Program-made: the position numbers and the translations under genes
Shown here: positions 1-5,924 of the stretch, one piece after another
How positions within the stretch are numbered: position 1 is the stretch's first letter
How the letters are laid out: the number at the start of each line of letters is the position of its first letter
Notes under the pieces: model-generated
What the model was told of the DNA's origin: nothing
Database searches by the model: none
Seen by the model: only the letters and a program-made list of their open reading frames with translations
Source: Promethearchaeum syntrophicum
Lineage (GTDB): Archaea > Asgardarchaeota > Lokiarchaeia > Sigyniarchaeales > Promethearchaeaceae
DNA: 32,000 bases
Assembly (NCBI RefSeq): GCF_008000775.2
Contig: NZ_CP042905.2
Coordinates: 390,001-422,000, forward strand
Reading direction: 5' to 3'

Positions 1-1
1 T

Positions 2-1141
2 TTAGATAAATACCCTGAAAGAATTCGGAAATTACGTGGTTTTAACGAAGATTCTGGTCAACTTTTTCACGAAGCTTTCCTTGAAGGACTTGATTATGCA
101 ACAGCACTTGTTTCAACTTTGGTCCTTGTTAATAGTATTATCAAAGCTTATGATATAATCGCTGAATATGGAATAGGGATGGTTCATCCTGTTGAAAGTA
201 TCGGGTTTCCAATGGATATGGATGTGACGTTGGTTAGTATAATTGCTAAGGCTAGAACAAAAAAAAATTCGTTTCAAACTAGACTTTTCTTCCAAACTAT
301 GGAAGTAAATAAAGCCCTTAAAAGAAAATTACCACGAATTGGTGGATGTTTTGCAACTGCATTGGATGGATGTTTTGGAGCTTGCGATGCTGGTCTGAAT
401 GAACCATATACGAACGATTTGAATAATAAAGGAATCTTATTTTATAAAGATGAAGATGTAATTAAATTTTGCAAAGAAGCGAATAGAGCGGGTTTACAAA
501 TTGAAATGCATACTATTGGAGATGCAGCAACTCACCAGGGTATAATGGCTTTAGAAGAAGCTCTAAAAGATTACCCCAGAGAAGATCATCGACATACTAT
601 TATCCATGCATGTTTAATTTCACAAGACAATCTAAAAAAATGTGCAAAATTAGGAATTGGAATTACTCTACAACCAGGATTTTTAATTAGTTCTTTAGAG
701 CCCAAAGAATATTTAGAAAAAATCTTGGGCCCTCAACGAGTAAAAGAAAGTTCACCTTTACGGGATATAATTGATTTAGGAATACATCTTAGTAGTGGTT
801 CCGATGCACCGGTTACTCATCCAGATCCAATCGTAGGAATGTACGGTGCATGTAATCATCCATTTGATCCGAATCAATCAGTGACTATTCAAGAAGCACT
901 AAAAATGAATACTTATGAAATTGCATATACTACCTTTGATGAAAAAGAGCGCGGTAGTTTGGAACTGGGAAAAATTGCTGATTTGGTTATTCTTAATCGA
1001 AATCCTCTAGCTATGGATCCCAAAGATCTCCTTCAATTGAAAGTGGAACAATTATATCTTTCTGGAAAGAAATTTAAACCTGGAATGTCCATTTTAGGAA
1101 TGCTAGGCAAGGGTCTTTTTCAAAGCACTAAATTAATTTAA
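2..1141 (+). CDS. Metal-dependent amidohydrolase (YtcJ-like / Amidohydrolase-3 type), 5'-truncated by the window edge
   Basis: The frame is open from nt 2 (LDKYPERIRKLRGF...), so the TTG at 119 in the ORF track is internal. The C-terminal half carries amidohydrolase-fold strands HTIGDAA, DHRHTIIHA and LSSGSDAPV. The stop is TAA 1139-1141, followed by a T8 run. Confidence 0.75.
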   Translation, partial: LDKYPERIRKLRGFNEDSGQLFHEAFLEGLDYATALVSTLVLVNSIIKAYDIIAEYGIGMVHPVESIGFPMDMDVTLVSIIAKARTKKNSFQTRLFFQTMEVNKALKRKLPRIGGCFATALDGCFGACDAGLNEPYTNDLNNKGILFYKDEDVIKFCKEANRAGLQIEMHTIGDAATHQGIMALEEALKDYPREDHRHTIIHACLISQDNLKKCAKLGIGITLQPGFLISSLEPKEYLEKILGPQRVKESSPLRDIIDLGIHLSSGSDAPVTHPDPIVGMYGACNHPFDPNQSVTIQEALKMNTYEIAYTTFDEKERGSLELGKIADLVILNRNPLAMDPKDLLQLKVEQLYLSGKKFKPGMSILGMLGKGLFQSTKLI

Positions 1142-1149
1142 TTTTTTTT
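1142..1149. terminator. Oligo-T tract (T8) in the 50-nt gap between two convergent genes; candidate archaeal termination signal
   Basis: A T8 run sits directly after the amidohydrolase TAA. Archaeal RNAP terminates at oligo-T. No experimental support is available, and the background is AT-rich. Confidence 0.3.
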
Positions 1150-1191
1150 CCAGATTTTTCCTTTATTGCCTATATATTTTTAATCTAAAAT

Positions 1192-1869
1192 TCAATTTTC
1201 AATTTCAAAAAGATCAAAAGCGTGAATTTCAAATGGAATTGGATTACCTAGGCGATTATATACTCCTAAAGAAGAGACATTATAGGGATTAGCCATAATA
1301 ATATTTACAGAAAATTTCCGAAAAGTATGTAAATCTGTAGAGCTTGGGTTATTATTCTTGTTCGGGTGAGAGTGACAAGATGCTACTAAAGTATTATCAT
1401 GTCTCATTCGATGTGGTAAAAAAATTGTTGATACTTCAGATGATTCTGAACCTGGAGCAATTATAAATTCCGCTAGAGAACCATTAATTACTCGCAATAA
1501 GCAGAAAGCTTCTTTTGGATGAAAATTTTTTGATAAATAGCTTATATCTTTAATAGTTTTATCTAAGAAATGAACTTTTAATCCAGCGATCATTTCAATA
1601 CTTTGTTTTAAAGCACCTATTACTAGGGATAATAATGGTGGATTAGACTTATCCCAATTTCGGAGAAGGGGAATAAATGCTTCGAAATCTCCCAAGATTC
1701 TTTGTATTTTTTTTGGGAGTGTCATTTTAGGTTTTTTTGGATATCGATTAAGGTTAATCGTTAACGATGCTTTGGGAAAGAGTGAAATCGTTAGGTTATT
1801 TGAGTCAATTATTGTAGTTTCCGGAAATTTTTCCAAGATTTTATCAATTTGATATTTTATTGTTAGCAT
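1192..1869 (-). CDS. JAMM/MPN+ metalloprotease with an N-terminal RWD/UBC-like extension
   Basis: The JAMM signature is complete: Glu in PKEAFCLL, then H-S-H-x7-S-x2-D (HSHPNKNNNPSSTD, nt 1333-1374). The N-terminal ~100 aa contain LTINLNRYPKKPKMTL and LLRNW..NPPLLSLV. The ATG at 1869 lies 2 nt after the upstream TGA (1872-1874). The track start at 1875 is a TTG overlapping that stop. Confidence 0.85.
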   Translation of the reverse strand: MLTIKYQIDKILEKFPETTIIDSNNLTISLFPKASLTINLNRYPKKPKMTLPKKIQRILGDFEAFIPLLRNWDKSNPPLLSLVIGALKQSIEMIAGLKVHFLDKTIKDISYLSKNFHPKEAFCLLRVINGSLAEFIIAPGSESSEVSTIFLPHRMRHDNTLVASCHSHPNKNNNPSSTDLHTFRKFSVNIIMANPYNVSSLGVYNRLGNPIPFEIHAFDLFEIEN

Positions 1870-1871
1870 TT

Positions 1872-2876
1872 TCAATCATCAACATTTCTGAGTTTTGTAT
1901 TAGTTAGGATTAGTTCTTGTAACCTTTTTTTAGTTCTACAAAAAGCGCAAGTTTCCATATAAGTCCCCATTCCACATATGATGCATTTTTTTTCAGCTTT
2001 TTTTTCTTCAGAAATGGTTCCAAATAATGTCGGCTTTAATCTTTCTTGAAATTTCTTAACCATGTAAAACATTGTTCCCCGCCGAAATTCTTCGATTTTC
2101 AGCATGGATTTTTTTATATTTCCTGATGGAGAATCAGTAGCGTACTCACATTCAGTTGATAGATGATGGATTTTTGCATAATATGCATACATTACAATTT
2201 CTTGTTCATAAATAAAGTATAACGGTTTAATACGGGTTATTAATCCTTGAACTTCTGTCATTGTTGTAGGTCCCGCTCTACTCATTAATTCCATGTCGAC
2301 ATTAAAAAAATTTCCCATTAACTGAGTGGCCTCATCAGTTAAATTATGACCGGTTGCAACTTTTGTAAATTTATTGAGCACTGCAAATTTATTGATAAAA
2401 TATCTTTTGAATAACCCACAATAGGAACATTCTCCTCTAAATCTTCCCCCTTTTTTCCTATGTTTTCCTCCTTTTTGTAACAATCCTAGTTTATGAACTG
2501 TATCGATATCAAATTCAAGTTCGGTTTTAATATCTATCATATTCAAGGGGATTTCTAATTTTTCACAAAGATCTTTTGCAACTTCATACGAATCATTAGA
2601 ATAATTTTTGGGGGTAACTCCAACATTGATATATAACGCCTCAATTTGGATATCTTTGTTGTATATTTCATGAAGGATAGTTAAAAGTGTTTGAGAATCT
2701 TTTCCACCACTCAAAGCGACAAGAACCTTATCATCAGATGTAATTAGATTATATTGATTAATGGTTTTTTTAACTCGATCATGGATATAACTAATAAAAT
2801 GCATCTTACAGAGGGGCATTTGATTTAATGGGATTAAAATAACCGCTGGTTGAGAGCAGAATTTACATTTTTTCAT
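1872..2876 (-). CDS. ttuA: tRNA 2-thiouridine synthetase, PP-loop ATPase of the TtuA/NcsA/Ncs6 family
   Basis: It has the PP-loop LVALSGGKDSQ. It has an N-terminal CKFC...CKMH and a C-terminal CIICG...CAFC zinc finger. Central Fe-S-type cysteines are present (GECSYCGLFKRY, STECEY). It is tightly coupled to the downstream JAMM gene. Confidence 0.85.
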   Translation of the reverse strand: MKKCKFCSQPAVILIPLNQMPLCKMHFISYIHDRVKKTINQYNLITSDDKVLVALSGGKDSQTLLTILHEIYNKDIQIEALYINVGVTPKNYSNDSYEVAKDLCEKLEIPLNMIDIKTELEFDIDTVHKLGLLQKGGKHRKKGGRFRGECSYCGLFKRYFINKFAVLNKFTKVATGHNLTDEATQLMGNFFNVDMELMSRAGPTTMTEVQGLITRIKPLYFIYEQEIVMYAYYAKIHHLSTECEYATDSPSGNIKKSMLKIEEFRRGTMFYMVKKFQERLKPTLFGTISEEKKAEKKCIICGMGTYMETCAFCRTKKRLQELILTNTKLRNVDD

Positions 2877-2920
2877 GCAACAAAATAAATATTAATTAGT
2901 AATTATTGAAATTTTTTATT

Positions 2921-3176
2921 ATGAACGAAAAGTATTTTGAAGCAAATTTAAAAAAATGGGATGAAGTTGTTGACATCCATGCCAAATCGAAATTTTATGA
3001 TTTGGAAGGATTTAAATCAGGAAAAACATCCTTATTTCCAACCTTATTTCCATCCATATGGATTTTTCGCAAAACATCCAGATATGAAAAAAGATAATGA
3101 TGGCTTTTGGCGTTTTAATACATTAAAACAAGAAATACCTTTGATGTTTTCAATTAAAGCAAGAAAACCAGAATGA
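2921..3176 (+). pseudogene. Internally deleted relic of a class I SAM-dependent methyltransferase
   Basis: Frame 1 (2921-3097) gives MNEKYFEANLKKWDEVVDIHAKSKFYDLEGFKSGKTSL, a typical N-terminus of a widespread methyltransferase family. Frame 2 ends ...FHPYGFFAKHPDMKKDNDGFWRFNTLKQEIPLMFSIKARKPE (to 3176), a typical C-terminus of the same family. The whole SAM-binding core between them is absent and the two parts are out of frame. Confidence 0.6.
3030..3052 (+). repeat. Tandem direct duplication ccttatttcca-a-ccttatttcca (period 12 nt) at the junction of the methyltransferase relic
   Basis: Read directly: 3030-3040 equals 3042-3052 (11/11 nt), separated by a single A. Confidence 0.9.
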
Positions 3177-3196
3177 AATTTTTATTTATTCTCTAA

Positions 3197-4723
3197 TTAT
3201 TTACTTTCTTCAATTTCTACAACATCAAGTTCCACACATAGCATAGGATTACCAAAAATTTTTGAAAGAGAAGGATTGGTTCTTCCATTATCTCCATGAA
3301 TCATTTCTTTAATATACATTCCCCCTTGACTATTAATTTTGAAAAAACCATGTCGTGAATCCACATATTTGCCTGTAATTGAATGAATCTTCTTTTTTCT
3401 AGTTTTATCAGAACGTCTATGAACAACTCTTAGAGGAGTTCGTTGATTAATGATCTTGTCATTTAATATCTCTTCAGCTTTTTGTAAATTTTCTTTAAAT
3501 TCATTTTTAGAGATAGGTTGTGCGAAATATACTAGAGCATTGTAATTTTTCCTTAAATATTCAGAGGATCTTTTAATTTCTATAATATCTTTTTTAGTGG
3601 CAGATATAAGTGAGTCCACAAATATTTTAGTTTTATTATTTTTATTTATATTTTGAGCAACTTCTGTTAACTCTACTTTTCTAATTTTTGGATTCCTAAT
3701 TTCAATTATAAATGAACGCCCAGATCCTATACAGCGAGCATCAATATCTTCTCTACCCGCTCCATGAAAAAGCGCTTCTTCACCTTTGGTTACCTTTACA
3801 AATTCGTTTCCAATTAAATCTTGAATTGAACTTGGATATCTATCACCAGTTCCTCCGCATTCGGTACAAATTTTCTTAGTAAATTTATTAAATCCTTTAC
3901 CATGGCATTCAAAACAATGCCAATGAGTTTGGGGTAAATCTCTTACCCATTTTTTATATCGACCTTTAAAATATAACGGAAGTGACCTAAGATTGAAATC
4001 CATTTTTCCTTTTAATTCTAAATTAATCGTTATCATTAGTCCTGGTTGCTCATATTTTGGTTGTTTTTTCCATAGGTCCTGTAATTCTTTACCAATCAAG
4101 CGATTTAAATTCGCTTTAAACGATTCGCCATTTTTCAAATTAAATTTTGCTCGTAATTCGTCTTCTTTATCAGCCTGGACTGCATTCAAATGAGTTCCTA
4201 TTAAAAAATCAGAAAAATCATATTCACGTGTCTTAAAATTAATTGAATTACAAATTTCGCTTATATTCTTTGGCATTAGAATATTTTCACATAATTGACA
4301 ATTAAATTCCGTCGTTCCTGAAGAATTTGATAATGTTGAGAATATAAATTCTTTATCTTTGAATTGGTCGATAATTTTCCTAGCTGGAATGAAATTAGTT
4401 CTTCTAGCTAATAAGTCCAAAATTTCAATTGGATTTTGGTTATAAAACATAAACCTTTCTTGAAAAGTTGTTTTTGATAGTAACAAATGGCATTCCATTG
4501 TAATTCCTAATAATATTGCATGAGCGCGCTCAAAATTTGAAGTAGCTGTCCCTAAATATGAAAATTGACGTCCAAGGCATTCATTACATAAACAATTATA
4601 TTTGAGAAGATCGATTGTTTTCTGATAGATACTTGGAGAAAGATTTGTATAATTGATTTGAATTTCTTCTTCTTTCAGATCCTCAGATTGGGATTCTTCA
4701 TGGCTGATAGGACGATTTTCCAC
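3197..4723 (-). CDS. pus10: tRNA pseudouridine(54/55) synthase Pus10
   Basis: It has the N-terminal zinc motif CLCNECLGRQFSYLG plus CQLCEN. The catalytic-core motif is GAGREDIDARCIGSGRSFIIEI. Further Pus10-type motifs are RTPLRVVHRRSDKTRKK and YIKEMIHGDNGRTNPSLS. The only available start is the GTG at 4723. Confidence 0.85.
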   Translation of the reverse strand: MENRPISHEESQSEDLKEEEIQINYTNLSPSIYQKTIDLLKYNCLCNECLGRQFSYLGTATSNFERAHAILLGITMECHLLLSKTTFQERFMFYNQNPIEILDLLARRTNFIPARKIIDQFKDKEFIFSTLSNSSGTTEFNCQLCENILMPKNISEICNSINFKTREYDFSDFLIGTHLNAVQADKEDELRAKFNLKNGESFKANLNRLIGKELQDLWKKQPKYEQPGLMITINLELKGKMDFNLRSLPLYFKGRYKKWVRDLPQTHWHCFECHGKGFNKFTKKICTECGGTGDRYPSSIQDLIGNEFVKVTKGEEALFHGAGREDIDARCIGSGRSFIIEIRNPKIRKVELTEVAQNINKNNKTKIFVDSLISATKKDIIEIKRSSEYLRKNYNALVYFAQPISKNEFKENLQKAEEILNDKIINQRTPLRVVHRRSDKTRKKKIHSITGKYVDSRHGFFKINSQGGMYIKEMIHGDNGRTNPSLSKIFGNPMLCVELDVVEIEESK

Positions 4724-4802
4724 ATCTAAATAAATGAAAATGATTGGAAAAAATTTGCGTTTTCGATATAAAGTTAAAAATAATCATTACTAATGGAATA
4801 TT

Positions 4803-5543
4803 ATGCTAACAAGCGAAGAATTGGAAAGGTATCAACGACAAATCCTAATTATAGGAAAAAATGGTCAAGAATTACTCAAACAAAAAAAAGTGCTCCAAGT
4901 GGGCTTAGGAGGCCTGGGATCTCCCCTCTCTTTATATCTTGTATCATCGGGAATTGGTGAATTAATTGTTTTTGAAAATGATGCTCTCTCATTATCCAAT
5001 TTAGGTCGACAAATTCTCTATAATACAGAGGATGTTAATATGTCCAAAGGAGGCCTCGCTAAATCTGTTCTTTCAAAATTGAATCCAAATATAAAAATTA
5101 CAATTATTAATGAACGTTTTACAATGCAAAGTGCTGAAAAATGTCTTAAAAACGCGAAAATTGACTATCTAGTTGACGCTTCTGATAATTTTGAGACTAA
5201 ATTTCTTATTAACGATATCGGTCTAAAATACAATATCCCCTTTACTATTGCTGGAATTCAAGGATTTGATGGACAACTAATTTCGGTAAATCCTCATGAA
5301 ACCGCTTGTTATCGATGTATTTTTGGTGATATGCCAAAGAATGATAAATTAAAACCAATCCCTGTTATGTCTCCAACTTGTGGTGTAGTGGGCTCTCTTG
5401 AAGCAAACGAAGTTATCAAAGGTCTTTTAAAAAGAGGAAAAAGGATAACTGATAACTTATTAATGATTAGTCTCGATTTAGGGGATTTTACACTTATTCC
5501 GATTAAGAAAAATCCCAACTGTGAATGTCAACTTAAGAACTGA
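4803..5543 (+). CDS. E1-like adenylyltransferase of the ThiF/MoeB/UbaA family
   Basis: It has the nucleotide loop VGLGGLGSPL, followed by LGRQILY and DASDNFETKFLINDI. A Cys pair CYRC and a C-terminal CEC are present. The PTCGVVGS loop is present. At 246 aa it is a compact prokaryotic E1. Confidence 0.85.
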   Translation: MLTSEELERYQRQILIIGKNGQELLKQKKVLQVGLGGLGSPLSLYLVSSGIGELIVFENDALSLSNLGRQILYNTEDVNMSKGGLAKSVLSKLNPNIKITIINERFTMQSAEKCLKNAKIDYLVDASDNFETKFLINDIGLKYNIPFTIAGIQGFDGQLISVNPHETACYRCIFGDMPKNDKLKPIPVMSPTCGVVGSLEANEVIKGLLKRGKRITDNLLMISLDLGDFTLIPIKKNPNCECQLKN

Positions 5544-5545
5544 TA

Positions 5546-5848
5546 CTAATCTTTGTCGCTGGAAAACGGTTCTTTTAATATTTTCTCATCCATTTTAATA
5601 TCTGTTTCATTATCTACATCATCAGGGTATAATTTTTTTAATTTGTCAAGATCAGCAAAATTTCCACCATTTTCATTTGACTCAATTTCAAGATAAAAGG
5701 CACCTTCATAATCGCAATCTCGACAGCGATAAATTTCAGTTACTGCCCACCCCATGTTTCTCGCTCTATATAATGATGGTTTTTCACATTTGGGGCATAT
5801 TTTAATAGAAAAAGTTTTTTTCTTTCTTAATTTCTTCCAAAACGGCAT
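5546..5848 (-). CDS. Small zinc-ribbon protein with an acidic C-terminal tail
   Basis: It has a CPKC...CRDC four-Cys ribbon after a basic N-terminus (KKLRKKK), and a tail rich in D/E/K. The start is an ATG. It is convergent with the E1-like gene, with 2 nt between the stops. Confidence 0.6.
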   Translation of the reverse strand: MPFWKKLRKKKTFSIKICPKCEKPSLYRARNMGWAVTEIYRCRDCDYEGAFYLEIESNENGGNFADLDKLKKLYPDDVDNETDIKMDEKILKEPFSSDKD

Positions 5849-5924
5849 ATTAAATTCATTAAACTTTCTTTACCAAAAAAATTTCCTACCAAAAAGATTT
5901 AAGTTTTTAAATAAAAAATTAAAT

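Noticed and set aside
3845-3916. A double CxxCxGxG (DnaJ-type zinc-finger-like) segment HCFECHGKGFNKFTKKICTECGGTG inside Pus10, considered as a novel insertion.
   Set aside because: From memory, archaeal Pus10 proteins carry a Cys-rich stretch at this position, just before the conserved Y-P-[ST]-S-[IV] segment. It is therefore probably a family feature. I cannot verify this without an alignment.
5546-5848. The zinc-ribbon protein as the missing ubiquitin-like carrier. It has an internal ...ESNENGG followed by a 35-aa tail that a JAMM protease could remove, and it abuts the E1-like gene.
   Set aside because: The N-terminal part is a four-Cys zinc ribbon, not a beta-grasp fold. A single internal GG is weak evidence, and the gene is convergent with the E1 gene rather than co-transcribed. 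It is noted only as something to include in interaction tests.
5754-5924. The ATG at 5754 as the start of the HEAT-repeat gene, as in the ORF track.
   Set aside because: It would overlap the divergent zinc-ribbon gene by 95 nt. It would also add a nonsense-looking leader (MFLALYNDGFSHLGHILIEKVFFFLNFF...) that is the antisense shadow of that gene. The in-frame GTG at 5925 or ATG at 6000 is more plausible.
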